Source of the DNA: Acidovorax sp.
Lineage (GTDB): Bacteria; Pseudomonadota; Gammaproteobacteria; Burkholderiales; Burkholderiaceae_C
DNA: 64,000 nucleotides
Assembly (NCBI RefSeq): GCF_046341535.1
Contig: NZ_JBKDRI010000159.1
Coordinates: 4,745-68,744 of the forward strand
Direction: 5' to 3'
The notes beneath the pieces are model-generated. The model did not search any database. It had not been told where the DNA came from and saw only the letters and a list, made by a program, of their open reading frames with translations. Of the stretch, positions 10,170 to 20,537 are shown in pieces (position 1 is the stretch's first letter; the number at the start of each line of letters is the position of its first letter). A program made the position numbers and the translations under genes.

Positions 10170-10341
10170 GTGCCTCTCTGGCGCCACAAGTTGTCTTCAC
10201 ACAACAGCCGTGCGCTGATTGGAAACGTGTCGGGCACGTTCGGGCCGAGGAATCACCCTCGTTTCGCATTCATCACCGAAGTGGTGATAATGAACAGAAG
10301 TATGCGTGGTCTGCAGCCCAACCTGTTTTTTCCACCTCACC

Positions 10342-11652
10342 GTGAACTCTTCCATCCTTCTCGACATCGGCCAGTTGCGCATTGGCATGTATGTGCAGCT
10401 CGATGTGAACTGGCTCCAGCACCCGTTTCCGGTGGGAAGTTTCCGCATTGCCTCGCAAGAGCAGATCGCGACGCTTCGCGAGCTTGGGCTCAAGGAGGTG
10501 CGGTATGTGCCGGAAAAGAGCGACCCGCAGTGGCGCGATCCGGATTCGGCGAGGAACGCTGCCCCTGACGTGGTGGACGACGCGGCAAATGCCGCGAGTT
10601 CAGATCCGACCCCTGAAGCCATCAGCCCTGATGCCGACCCCGGCGTCGATTGGAGGCGCCGACTGATCGAGGAGCAAAATCGCGCGCTTGCGGTGTGCGA
10701 CCAGCACTTCACGGAGGCCACGCGCCAATTCCACGCTGTGGAGCGTGCTGTGCAAGACCAACCCGCCCAGGCTCGTGCCAAGGTCGACGGGCTGGTTTCG
10801 GGCTGCGTATCCGATGTGCTTGAACATGGTGAATCGGTCATCCGGTTGCTGTCCGAAGGCGTGGGTGAGCGCAGCGGGCAGCACCCCGTCAACGTCACAG
10901 TGCTTTGCCTGCTGCTGGGCCGCGCGCTGGGGATGGATATGGATGAGCTCACCGATGTGGGGACTGCGGCGCTGATCCACGACATCGGAAAAATCAAGCT
11001 GCCCTCGAACCTTCGCTACTCCAGGACGTCCATGCCGTTGGTCGAGCGAGCGCGATACGAAACCCATGTGGAGCAGTCGGTGGATTTTGCGCGCAAGATG
11101 GGCTGCTCGCAAGCCGTGCTGGCGGCCGTGGCGCGGCACCACGAAATGGCTGATGGTTCAGGTTTTCCCGCTCGGCTTTCGGGTTCCGAACTGGGGCGAA
11201 TGGGCCAGATGCTGGCGCTGGTCAACCTCTACGACCGAATGTGCAACCCCGCCAACGGCGTTGACGCGCTCACGCCCCATGAAGTGTTGGCTGTCATGTT
11301 TTCGCAGCTCAAGTCGCGCTTCGATCCGGTGGTGCTCGGAGCTTTTATCCGCATCATGGGTGTGTACCCGCCGGGTTCGGTCGTGCAGCTTGTCAATGAC
11401 CGCTATGCCATCGTCATCTCGGTCAACTCGTCGCGCCCGTTGCGCCCCAAGGTGATCGTGCACGATCCTGAGATACCCAAGGAGGATGCGCTCCTGCTGG
11501 ATCTTGAAACCGTGCCGGAGTTAGGTATTCGTCGCAGCCTCAAGCCCTCCCAGTTGCCACGCGAGTCGCTGGAGTACCTGTCTCCGCGCCAGCGTATTTG
11601 CTACTTTTTTGAGCGTGCCGTGCCCGCAGGGCCGCGCGAGGCAGACCCATGA
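10342..11652 (+). CDS. DUF3391-type HD-GYP domain protein
   Basis: LRIGMYVQLDVNWLQHPF N-terminus, HDIGK, HHEMADGSGFP and GVYPPGS; start uncertain (10306 or 10342). Confidence 0.85.
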   Translation: MNSSILLDIGQLRIGMYVQLDVNWLQHPFPVGSFRIASQEQIATLRELGLKEVRYVPEKSDPQWRDPDSARNAAPDVVDDAANAASSDPTPEAISPDADPGVDWRRRLIEEQNRALAVCDQHFTEATRQFHAVERAVQDQPAQARAKVDGLVSGCVSDVLEHGESVIRLLSEGVGERSGQHPVNVTVLCLLLGRALGMDMDELTDVGTAALIHDIGKIKLPSNLRYSRTSMPLVERARYETHVEQSVDFARKMGCSQAVLAAVARHHEMADGSGFPARLSGSELGRMGQMLALVNLYDRMCNPANGVDALTPHEVLAVMFSQLKSRFDPVVLGAFIRIMGVYPPGSVVQLVNDRYAIVISVNSSRPLRPKVIVHDPEIPKEDALLLDLETVPELGIRRSLKPSQLPRESLEYLSPRQRICYFFERAVPAGPREADP

Positions 11653-14093
11653 CCGAGCCGTCGCCCATGGGCTGGTTGGATGGACTGCTCGAGGCGGTGT
11701 GGCTGGTCGACGAGGCGACCTTGCTCATCACCCACGCCAATGAGCGAGCCGCCAGGCTGATGGGGCGTCGCCGGGCCGACATGGAAGGCTCGCATGTGCT
11801 GGCGTTGGCCGCAACGCCGCAGGACGTGGCGTTCTGGAGCGAACCTGCACAGGTGGCGGCCGATGGCATCCAGTCCTTCACCAGCGTGCTCAATGCGGCG
11901 GGCACTTTGGTGCCCGTGGAGCGGCGTGTCGCTCGCGTCTCTGTGCCGGGCCACGACGCTCCGGTGCTCATGGTGACCATGCTCGACCGCAGCCAGCAGG
12001 ATGCGACGGAACGTGAGCTGGAGACGCTTTTAACGGAGTTGCGGGCCACGCTGGATTCGGCGGCCGATGGCATGCTGGTGTGCGGCCTGGATGGCAACGT
12101 GCGTGCGTTCAATCAGCGTCTGGCGCAGCTTTGGAACCTACCCCGCGAGACCTTGGTGGAGCGAAACGACGCGGCGGTGTTCAGCCACATGGCTGGGGAG
12201 GTGGTAGATCCTGACCAGTATGCGGAACGGCTGGCTGCCATCGCGCGCGAGCCAACCCAGGAAAGTACCGACATCTTGCAACTGCGCAATGGAACGGTGC
12301 TTGAACAGCGATCGGTGCCGCAACTCAGTCATGGCCGTCCGGTAGGCCGCGTGTATTCCTTCCGCGACATCACCCGTCAGACCGAGATCCAGGCCAGCCT
12401 GCGGCTGGCGTCCCGTGTGTTTGAGTCCAGCCTGGACGCGATTTTTATCGCCGACAGCCAGCACCGCCTCATGCGGATGAATCCCGGCTGTGAGCGCCTG
12501 GTCGGGCCCGCGGCGCGGACGTTCGAGGGCTGCATGGCGGCTTCACTGTTCGGGATTGGGGTGGATCAGGCCTTCATGGACCGGGTTCAGCAGGGCTGGG
12601 AGCGTGATGGCTTCTGGGAAGGGGAGTTATGGCTTCCGCGCGAAAACCGCACGTACTGCGCCGTCCAGCTGACCTGGGTCGCCCTGCGTGACGATAAGGG
12701 GCGCATCGTTCAGAGCATTGGCTTCATGCGCGATTTGACCCTCCAGCACGCCGCGCAAAAGCGCATTGAGGAGCTGGCTTTCAGCGACGCTTTGACGGGC
12801 CTGCCCAACCGTTTGCTGTTGTCCCAGCGTGTGGACACCGCGATCGCGGCGGCGCATCAAAGTGACAGCGGTTTTGCGATTCTCTTCCTGGACCTTGACC
12901 GGTTCAAGATCATCAACGATTCGTTGGGGCACCCGTTTGGAGACCGTGTCCTGCAACTGGTGGCCGAACGCCTGCAGGCCTGCCTGAGGCAGACCGACAT
13001 GCTGTGCCGCCTGGGCGGTGATGAGTTCGTCATCTACCTGCACATCGGAGAGGCCGCCGTGGCCGAAGGGGTCGCGCGGCGAATCCTGGATGACATGCTC
13101 AAGCCCTTCATGCTCGATGACATGGGCTTTTCTATCCAGTGCAGTATCGGCATTGCTTTGTATCCGCAAGACGGGGACACGCTCGATGACCTCATCAAGC
13201 AGGCCGACACGGCCATGTACCGTGTCAAGGACCGGGGGCGGGGCAACTACGGTTTCTACAAGCCGCAAATGAATGCGAATCTCCTGTCGCGCGTGCAAAT
13301 GGAGCACGCGATGCGCCAGGCGATCGGTCATCAGCGCATGGCGGTCCACTATCAGCCACAGGTCAGCATGGCGACGGGCCGCATCGTGGGTGCCGAGGCG
13401 CTGGCCCGCTGGACAGATCCCGAGTTCGGGGTCGTTTCGCCCGGACTCTTCATCCCCCTGGCCGAGGAGTCAGGCTACATCGTCACGCTGGGTGCCTGGG
13501 TGATGGAACAGGCAGTGCGCGAAGCAGCCGTGTGGATGCACAGTGGCCACCCCATCATGATTTCGGTCAACGTGTCTGCCCTGGAATTTCGCCAGCCTGA
13601 TTTCGTGGACCGGATCACCCGCCTGCTGGCGGTGCATCAGCTTCCTCCGACCCTGCTCGAGCTGGAGCTGACCGAGAGCATCCTGCTGCAGGACGCCCAG
13701 GAAATGGAGCAGCGTCTGCGTGTGCTTGCAAAGCTGGGTATCGGGCTGGCCATTGATGATTTTGGAACCGGTTATTCCAGTCTTGCCTACCTCAAAAAGT
13801 TGACCATCCATAAGCTCAAGATTGACCAGTCGTTTGTTCGCGGGCTGCCCGATGATGAAGGTGACCGGGCCATCGTCAGCGCCATCATCAGCATTGGCCA
13901 GGCCATGCATGTCGAGGTGGTCGCTGAAGGTGTGGAGACGAAGGTTCAGCAGTCGGTGTTGCAGCAAATGCAGTGTGGTCACTACCAGGGTTTCCTGTGT
14001 GCCCCGGGGCTGCCCGCACCAGAGTTTCGCGCCCTGCTGGCCGCGACGCAGCCCGTGCAGGCCCAGGCCGCGCGCAAGCAGACGCAGCCCTGA
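11649..14093 (+). CDS. PAS-PAS-PAS-GGDEF-EAL diguanylate cyclase/phosphodiesterase
   Basis: DALTGLPNR, RQTD I-site, GGDEF, EAL and DDFGTGYS; ATGA overlap with the HD-GYP gene. Confidence 0.93.
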   Translation: MTEPSPMGWLDGLLEAVWLVDEATLLITHANERAARLMGRRRADMEGSHVLALAATPQDVAFWSEPAQVAADGIQSFTSVLNAAGTLVPVERRVARVSVPGHDAPVLMVTMLDRSQQDATERELETLLTELRATLDSAADGMLVCGLDGNVRAFNQRLAQLWNLPRETLVERNDAAVFSHMAGEVVDPDQYAERLAAIAREPTQESTDILQLRNGTVLEQRSVPQLSHGRPVGRVYSFRDITRQTEIQASLRLASRVFESSLDAIFIADSQHRLMRMNPGCERLVGPAARTFEGCMAASLFGIGVDQAFMDRVQQGWERDGFWEGELWLPRENRTYCAVQLTWVALRDDKGRIVQSIGFMRDLTLQHAAQKRIEELAFSDALTGLPNRLLLSQRVDTAIAAAHQSDSGFAILFLDLDRFKIINDSLGHPFGDRVLQLVAERLQACLRQTDMLCRLGGDEFVIYLHIGEAAVAEGVARRILDDMLKPFMLDDMGFSIQCSIGIALYPQDGDTLDDLIKQADTAMYRVKDRGRGNYGFYKPQMNANLLSRVQMEHAMRQAIGHQRMAVHYQPQVSMATGRIVGAEALARWTDPEFGVVSPGLFIPLAEESGYIVTLGAWVMEQAVREAAVWMHSGHPIMISVNVSALEFRQPDFVDRITRLLAVHQLPPTLLELELTESILLQDAQEMEQRLRVLAKLGIGLAIDDFGTGYSSLAYLKKLTIHKLKIDQSFVRGLPDDEGDRAIVSAIISIGQAMHVEVVAEGVETKVQQSVLQQMQCGHYQGFLCAPGLPAPEFRALLAATQPVQAQAARKQTQP

Positions 14094-14162
14094 GCTTTCG
14101 CGCAGGCAGATGCTGGGCGCACCGGCCGGGAGCGGTCTTCGGCGGTGCCCATCTTGCGCGTG

Positions 14163-14978
14163 TCAAAACGCGGCAATGCCCTTCCAGAGCATGTAGGCGG
14201 CCAGCCCGAAAAGCAGCGAAGCGAAGACGCGCTTGAGCTGTTTGACCGGCAGTCCGTGGGCCGCCTTGGCACCCAGCGGCGCGGTCACAACGCTGCACGT
14301 GGCGATCACCGCGAGTGCGGGCAGCCACACATAGCCCAGGGATGCCGCGGGCAGATGGGCCACGTTTTGCCCGCCCACCACGTATCCCACCACGTTGGCA
14401 AGCGCAATCGGGAACCCCAGCGCGGCGCTGGTGGCCACCGCGTTATGAATGGGCACGTTGCACCAGGTCATGAACGGAACGCTCACGAAGCCCCCGCCCG
14501 CACCCACCAGTCCGGATAAAAATCCGATCACGCCGCCAGCAGCCACCTGGCCTGCGCCACTGGGCATCTGCCGCGCAGGCGCCGGTTTTTTGTCCATCAA
14601 CATCTGCGATGCGGAGAAGCTGACGAACAGCGCAAAGAAGACGGCGAGGAATGCGCCCTTGAGCAGTGCAAACACCCCCAGACTGGCGATGAACCCGCCC
14701 AGGGCGATGCCTGGCGCAAGGCGCTTGACGATGTCCCAGCGCACGGCACCGCGTTGGTGATGAGCGCGCACACTGGAAATCGACGTGAACATGATGGTCG
14801 CCATGGAGGTCGCGATGGCCATCTTGACGGCCAGGTCGGCAGCGACCTGCTGGCCGCCCAGGATGTAGGTCATGAAGGGCACCAGCAGCATCCCGCCCCC
14901 GATGCCCAGCAGACCCGCCAAAAAGCCCGTGGCAAGGCCGAGCACGCCAAGTTCAACAATCAAAAGGGGGTCAAGCAC
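14163..14978 (-). CDS. Sulfite exporter TauE/SafE family membrane protein
   Basis: GLLGIGGG and GLVGAGGG repeats; multiple TM helices. Confidence 0.88.
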   Translation of the reverse strand: MLDPLLIVELGVLGLATGFLAGLLGIGGGMLLVPFMTYILGGQQVAADLAVKMAIATSMATIMFTSISSVRAHHQRGAVRWDIVKRLAPGIALGGFIASLGVFALLKGAFLAVFFALFVSFSASQMLMDKKPAPARQMPSGAGQVAAGGVIGFLSGLVGAGGGFVSVPFMTWCNVPIHNAVATSAALGFPIALANVVGYVVGGQNVAHLPAASLGYVWLPALAVIATCSVVTAPLGAKAAHGLPVKQLKRVFASLLFGLAAYMLWKGIAAF

Positions 14979-15082
14979 GGGATGAAGGGCGAAGGGATGC
15001 GAGCGAACGGCAAAAGTCTGGATGGCATGCCGCCATTGGCATTTGCCGCCGGGGCGGCATGGGCATGCCAGTGGAATGGGGT

Positions 15083-15252
15083 GTCTGCGGTGTCCACCGA
15101 ACTCTCATCCTGAACCGGGGGTTCAGGTGGGCGAGGGCAGCCAGGCGTTGGGTTCATCTGACGCGAGATGATCACGCTCACCCGGCAATTACCAAGCCCG
15201 AGCTCATGGAGCATTGGTTCAAGGAAATATAAAGCCCGGCAGCACCGCAGAC
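15083..15252 (-). ncRNA. ssrS: 6S RNA
   Basis: Terminal stem GTCTGCGGTG/CACCGCAGAC; CCTTGAACC and CCTGAACC-CCCGGTTCAGG motifs; TACAAT -10 at 15264-15259; conserved position downstream of zapA. Confidence 0.85.
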
Positions 15253-15490
15253 GAGCCGATTGTAGGCCGCACCCGCTGCTTGTGGGCGCGCAAGTGCATG
15301 TAAAGCCAGGTCAGTGATGCGCCTGCCGCTGACATGCGTGATTCCAGCATGGCGGCTGTCGAGAACAGACCTTTGCCGACCGCCTGGCCGGAGCCATGGG
15401 CCTTGCGGCACCCGCAGCGGGGCCGAGACAGCCTGAAAAGCCATCGGTGCCGGGGCGCTGTGAGGCCCGCGGCGCACACCGCCCGATGCG

Positions 15491-15862
15491 TCAGAGGAGC
15501 CGGCCGTCCCCGCCCAGCGCTTCATCCAGCCGGCCCACCAGGGCGCGCAGGCGCTGGTCATCTGCCTCAGGCAGGGCCAACTCTTGCTGTGCCGCTGTTG
15601 CGACATCCACGGCGGCTGGGGGTGCCTTGTGTTCGGCGGATCGAGCCGCCAGATCGGCCGCATCCCGGTCTGCAATTTCGAAAGCAAGATTCAGGGCTGC
15701 GAGCACCGCAATGCGTTCACGGGCGCGCACTTTGCCCGCATCCCTGATTTTGGTCATGGCTGTGTCCACCCGCTCCACTGCGTCCAGCAGACGACCCTCG
15801 TGGCCCGGCGGGCACGACAGCAGGTAGCTTTGCTGCAGGATCTGCACCTCGATCTGCTTCAC
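15491..15862 (-). CDS. zapA: Cell division protein ZapA
   Basis: MKQIEVQIL...ARERIAVLAALNLA. Confidence 0.9.
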   Translation of the reverse strand: MKQIEVQILQQSYLLSCPPGHEGRLLDAVERVDTAMTKIRDAGKVRARERIAVLAALNLAFEIADRDAADLAARSAEHKAPPAAVDVATAAQQELALPEADDQRLRALVGRLDEALGGDGRLL

Positions 15863-16083
15863 TGGGGCTCCTTGGTGGCGGGGGCTGCGGCAGGCAATCG
15901 TTCCAACAGGGCATCCACGCGTGCGCGGGCCGCGTTCAGGCGCGACTTGAGCGAATCGCGCTCCTGCATCAGGGCAGCCACCTGGTTGGACAACAATGCA
16001 TTGGTGCGTTGCAATTCGGCGTGGCGCAGCAGCAGCCGCTCGACGCGCTCGGCGATCTGGTCGGTGGTGGACGGAGTTGCCAT
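15859..16083 (-). CDS. Short coiled-coil ZapB-like/DUF904 protein
   Basis: IAERVERLLLRHAEL...ERDSLKSRL; overlaps the zapA start. Confidence 0.8.
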   Translation of the reverse strand: MATPSTTDQIAERVERLLLRHAELQRTNALLSNQVAALMQERDSLKSRLNAARARVDALLERLPAAAPATKEPQ

Positions 16084-16134
16084 ACAGCCTGCGATTGTAG
16101 GGTTGCGTTGCTCGGTAGGACGTAAAATCCGCAC

Positions 16135-16347
16135 GTTGGTGCTCGCGGTGTGGTTCACATGCCGCAGTTCAACGGGAAGCAGGAAGGCCTCGCCGCAACA
16201 CGGCGTGCCCAGCCTGCGCTGCCCCCGCAACGGTCAGCGGACGAATCGCGTTTTTGATTCTCTCTCCATCCATACGCCACTGGGTGCCTTGAACAAGCAC
16301 CTGGGAAGGCATTGGGGGGTGTTCCGCCAGCCCGGATACCGGCCAAC
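16135..16347 (+). promoter_or_regulatory. Cobalamin (AdoCbl) riboswitch
   Basis: AACGGGAA, GCTGCCCCCGCAACGGT, GCCACTG, GGGAAGG and AGCCCGGATACC core motifs; TAAAAT -10 at 16123; upstream of btuB. Confidence 0.93.
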
Positions 16348-16443
16348 ACGGTGGTTGCGCGTGCCTCACTCAGGCGCGCGCTGCCGTATCACCCATTTGC
16401 TGGCGGGGAGGCCGGCGCGGGTTGTTTGTTGACGAAAAATCCT

Positions 16444-18312
16444 ATGAATCTATGTGCCCCTTGCGCGAGCTTGTCCGCGCCGTGGTTCCGTATTGCTGCC
16501 GCGCTTGCTGCGGCAGGTTGTTGGGCTGCATCCGCCCAGGGGGCGTTGACGGCGCCCGCGCTGCCAGCGCACAAGCTGCATGTCCCTTCGCTGGCGGAGA
16601 CCGTGGTCGCCGCATCCCGTAGCCCGCAGCCGCTGGCCGACTTGGTGGCTGATGTTTCCATTGTTGATCGCGAGACGATTGAGAGCAGCGGCGCTGCGGG
16701 CCTGGCGGATCTGCTGGCCAGGCTGCCCGGCATCGAGTTCTCGCGCAACGGCGGCCCGGGCAGCAGCACCAGCGTGTTTCTGCGCGGTGCCGACACCCGT
16801 TTCACGGCGGTTTACATCGATGGCGTGCGGATTGACTCGCAGGCGACCGGTGGCGCGCCCTGGGAGGGCATCCCCTTGGGCCTGATCGATCGCATCGAAG
16901 TCCTTCGCGGCCCGGCGGGCGCGGTGTATGGTTCGGACGCCCTCGCAGGCGTGGTGCAGATATTCACCAAGCGTGGTGAAAGCGGTGTGGCACCGTTTGT
17001 CAGCCTGGGCCTGGGCAGCCATCGCACCAGCAAGCTGCAAGCCGGTGTGAGCGGTGCGAGTGGCGCGCTGGACTATGCGCTGGGACTGGCGCATGAAGAC
17101 AGCCAGGGCTTCAACGCCCGCCCCATCGCCTCGCAGAATCCGGATCGCGATGGCCTCCGATCCACAGGCGGGCACGCGCGTGTGGGCCTGCAGCTGGATG
17201 CGGTGCACCGCCTGGAGGGCACGCTGATGGCCAACCACTCCAACAGCGGCTTCGACAACGGCCTGGGCAACGATGACCGCAGTCTGAACACCATGCACGC
17301 GCTGGGTCTGAACTGGCTGGCGCAGTGGAGCAGCGCCTACAAGACGCGCCTGTCCATCACGGATTCGCGGGTTGAGTACGAGATGCGGCCCATGCCGTAC
17401 CTTAGCGACACGCGCCTGCGCGGGTACCTGTTTCAGAACGAATGGCGCCAGGGCCCGCACCTGGTGAGCGCTGCGCTGGAGCGGCGGGAGGACCGCCTGC
17501 AAAACACGCCCATTGATCGCGCGCGCTCCCAGGACGCTCTGGCGCTGGGCTATGGCTTCAACGCGCATGGGCACACCGTGCAGATCAATGTACGCCACGA
17601 TTCCGACAGCGAGTTCGGCGGCAAGAGCACGGGCAGCGCCGCCTATGGCTACGCCATCACGCCGCAGTGGCGGGCCACCGCTTCGGTTGGCACGGCCTTC
17701 CGCGCCCCCACGCTGTACCAGCGCTTCAGTGAATACGGCCTGGCCACGTTGCGGCCTGAAAGCAGCCGCAATGCCGAGGTGGCACTGCGCTACACGCAAG
17801 ACGCCACCAGCGTGTCCGCCACACTGTTTCGCAACCGCGTGCACGACCTGATCTCGTTTGCCGGTGCGGGCACCTGCGCATCGCCCTACGGCTGCTTTGC
17901 CAACACGGCGCGCGCCGAATACAAGGGCGTGACGTTTGCGGGAACGCATCGCTTGGGCAGCATCCAACTGCACGGATCGCTGGACTTGCAGCGCCCACGC
18001 GACCTGGACACCGGCAAGCAGTTGGCCCGTCGGGCGCGCCACCACGCCACGCTGGGGGCTGATACCCGCGTGGATGCATGGACGATCGGTGCGCAAGTCC
18101 AGGCGTCCGGTCGCCGCTTCGACAATGCCGCCAACACGACCGAGCTGGACAGCTACACGCTGGTGAACCTCTACGCCAGCACCCGCTTCGCACGGGACTA
18201 CACGCTGCTGGTGCGCGTGGACAACCTGGCTGACAAGGACTACCAGTTGGCGCGCAACTACGCCACCGCCGGCCGCAGCTTCTATGTGGGCCTGAAATGG
18301 GCGCCCCAGTGA
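16444..18312 (+). CDS. btuB: TonB-dependent vitamin B12 receptor
   Basis: TonB box ETVVAAS; plug RIEVLRGPAGAVYGSDALAGVVQIFT; controlled by the riboswitch. Confidence 0.9.
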   Translation: MNLCAPCASLSAPWFRIAAALAAAGCWAASAQGALTAPALPAHKLHVPSLAETVVAASRSPQPLADLVADVSIVDRETIESSGAAGLADLLARLPGIEFSRNGGPGSSTSVFLRGADTRFTAVYIDGVRIDSQATGGAPWEGIPLGLIDRIEVLRGPAGAVYGSDALAGVVQIFTKRGESGVAPFVSLGLGSHRTSKLQAGVSGASGALDYALGLAHEDSQGFNARPIASQNPDRDGLRSTGGHARVGLQLDAVHRLEGTLMANHSNSGFDNGLGNDDRSLNTMHALGLNWLAQWSSAYKTRLSITDSRVEYEMRPMPYLSDTRLRGYLFQNEWRQGPHLVSAALERREDRLQNTPIDRARSQDALALGYGFNAHGHTVQINVRHDSDSEFGGKSTGSAAYGYAITPQWRATASVGTAFRAPTLYQRFSEYGLATLRPESSRNAEVALRYTQDATSVSATLFRNRVHDLISFAGAGTCASPYGCFANTARAEYKGVTFAGTHRLGSIQLHGSLDLQRPRDLDTGKQLARRARHHATLGADTRVDAWTIGAQVQASGRRFDNAANTTELDSYTLVNLYASTRFARDYTLLVRVDNLADKDYQLARNYATAGRSFYVGLKWAPQ

Positions 18313-18489
18313 CCCTGGCAACCCCTGCCCAGGCCCGCCTGCAGCAGCGCCCACAGCGCCGCGCGCGGGCGTGCAGCTGCGGGCGTGGGTCGATGCCTGC
18401 GCTTGGCGACACCCGCAGGGGGCTCCGGGGCGTTCGCGCGTTGCGCGCAGGGCCGTCGGGCTGCCGTCGATCCTGACCGGAACCGCGCC

Positions 18490-19455
18490 ATGAAACCAAC
18501 CCCTGTGCGCCGCATTGTGTGGGTGATCGCCATCGTGGTGGCGCTGGGACTGCTGATGGCAGCGCTGGCGCAGGCGCAGCCAGCACAGTCGCTGCCCGTT
18601 GCCAGCGACCCCGCCCCCGTGCCCGTGAAGGTCACTGACGACCGGGGCCGCGTGGTCACGCTCCCGCGCCCGCCACGGCGCGTCGTCAGCCTGCTGCCTT
18701 CGCTGACCGAGACCGTGTGCGCGCTGGACCAGTGCCACCGCCTGGTGGGGGTGGACCGCCATTCCAACTGGCCGCAGGCGGTGTTGCACCTGCCCCAGCT
18801 GGGCGGCGGGCTGGACCCGAACATCGAGGCCATCGTGGCGCTGCAGCCCGATGTGGTGCTGCTGGCCACATCATCGCGGGCAACGGCCCGGCTGGAGTCG
18901 CTGGGCGTGGCGGTGGTGGCGCTGGAACCCAAGAGCCATGCCGACGTGCAGCGGGTGATGGGCACGATCGGCGAGGTGCTGGCCGTGCCCGATGCCCAGC
19001 GCGTGTGGCGCCATGTCGATGCCGCCGTGGAGGCGGCCGCGCAATCCGTTCCTGTGGCGGCACGCGGCGTGCGCGTGTATTTTGAGGTCAACCGCGGGCC
19101 CTACGGTGCGGGCGCGTCGTCGTTCATTGGCGAGACGCTGACGCGCCTGGGGGCCCGCAATATCCTGCCCGCATCGCTGGGCCCGTTCCCCAGGCTCAAC
19201 CCGGAATTTGTGGTGCGCGCTGACCCTGACCTGATCATGTTGGGCGAGGGCAGCATGGGCAGCCTGCACGAGCGGCCGGGCTGGAGCAGCCTGCGGGCTG
19301 TGCGCGAGCAGCGGCTGTGCGTGTTTGCGCCGCACGAAGCCGACGTGCTGGTGCGCGCTGGCCCGCGCATGGCCGAGGGTGCGCGCATCATGGCGCGCTG
19401 CCTGGCCAGCAAGGCCACGCCCGCTGCCAACACAGCTGCGGCGGTGCGGCCATGA
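18490..19455 (+). CDS. btuF: Cobalamin ABC transporter substrate-binding protein
   Basis: RRVVSLLPSLTETVCAL, PNIEAIVALQPD, RAGPRMAEG. Confidence 0.85.
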   Translation: MKPTPVRRIVWVIAIVVALGLLMAALAQAQPAQSLPVASDPAPVPVKVTDDRGRVVTLPRPPRRVVSLLPSLTETVCALDQCHRLVGVDRHSNWPQAVLHLPQLGGGLDPNIEAIVALQPDVVLLATSSRATARLESLGVAVVALEPKSHADVQRVMGTIGEVLAVPDAQRVWRHVDAAVEAAAQSVPVAARGVRVYFEVNRGPYGAGASSFIGETLTRLGARNILPASLGPFPRLNPEFVVRADPDLIMLGEGSMGSLHERPGWSSLRAVREQRLCVFAPHEADVLVRAGPRMAEGARIMARCLASKATPAANTAAAVRP

Positions 19456-20537
19456 CTGCAGGGGCAGCGCAACGCAGCCGCTGGCTGACGGGTTTGCTGC
19501 TGCTGGCCAGCGCGCTGCTGGTGGCCCTGGGCACGGGCGTGGGCAGTGTGGGGCTGGAGAACCTGTGGCCCGCGCTGTGGGGCGACGCCGCTGGCGCTGC
19601 CGACCCCTCCGCCCGCGCCATCGCCTGGCAGATCGTGTGGGACATCCGCCTGCCGCGCACCCTGGGTGCCTGGTGCGCGGGGGCGTTGCTGGGCTTGGCG
19701 GGTGCCGTGGCGCAGGGCCTGTTTCGCAATCCCCTGGCCGACCCGTACCTGCTGGGCAGCGCCTCCGGCGCATCGCTGGGTGTGGCAACCGCGCTGGTGT
19801 TGATGGGCGGCGGCGCGGGCCTGGCAGGCAGCGCCGACAGCGCGGCCACGGCGCTGGTGTTTTCGGGCCACTGGCTGGTGCGCCTGGGTTTGACCGGGGC
19901 CGCCTTTGTCGGGGCCGTGCTGGCCGTGCTGCTCACGCTGACGCTGGCGCGCGGCGTGCAGCACACCCTGCGCCTGCTGCTGGCGGGGGTGATCGTGGGC
20001 GTGGTGTTGGGTGCGTGCACTTCGCTCATCCTGTTGCTGTCGCCCGCTTCGCTCCAGGCCATGCAGTCGTTCTTGCTGGGGTCCACCGCTTTCGTGGGCT
20101 GGGCGTCCTGCCTGCTGATGGGGGCAGCTTGGCTGCTGTGTGGGGTGGCGGCCTGGGCGCTGTCGCGGGTCCTCGATGGCCTGGCGCTGGGTGAGTCCAC
20201 CGCCCACAGCCTGGGCCTGCCGCTGGCTCCGCTGCGCGCCGCGCTGGTGGGGGTGCTGGCCCTGGCCACAGGCACGGCCGTGGCCCAGACGGGGTTGATT
20301 GCGTTTGTTGGTCTGGCGGCGCCCCATTTGGTTCGCGGCGTCGTCAACGTGCCGCATGGCCGCCTGATGGGACTCGCCAGCCTGATGGGTGCGGTGTTGC
20401 TGGCCGGAGCCGATCTGCTGGCGCGGGGCCTGGTGGCCCCGCAGGAACTGCCCGTGGGCGTGCTCACGGCGGTGCTCGGTGGCGGCTACCTGCTGTGGTT
20501 GATGCACCGGCGCACTGGCTCGGCAGGAGGGTTGTGA
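19452..20537 (+). CDS. btuC: FecCD-family cobalamin ABC permease
   Basis: IRLPR, LFRNPLADPYLLG, LIAFVGLAAPH, ELPVG. Confidence 0.88.
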   Translation: MTAGAAQRSRWLTGLLLLASALLVALGTGVGSVGLENLWPALWGDAAGAADPSARAIAWQIVWDIRLPRTLGAWCAGALLGLAGAVAQGLFRNPLADPYLLGSASGASLGVATALVLMGGGAGLAGSADSAATALVFSGHWLVRLGLTGAAFVGAVLAVLLTLTLARGVQHTLRLLLAGVIVGVVLGACTSLILLLSPASLQAMQSFLLGSTAFVGWASCLLMGAAWLLCGVAAWALSRVLDGLALGESTAHSLGLPLAPLRAALVGVLALATGTAVAQTGLIAFVGLAAPHLVRGVVNVPHGRLMGLASLMGAVLLAGADLLARGLVAPQELPVGVLTAVLGGGYLLWLMHRRTGSAGGL

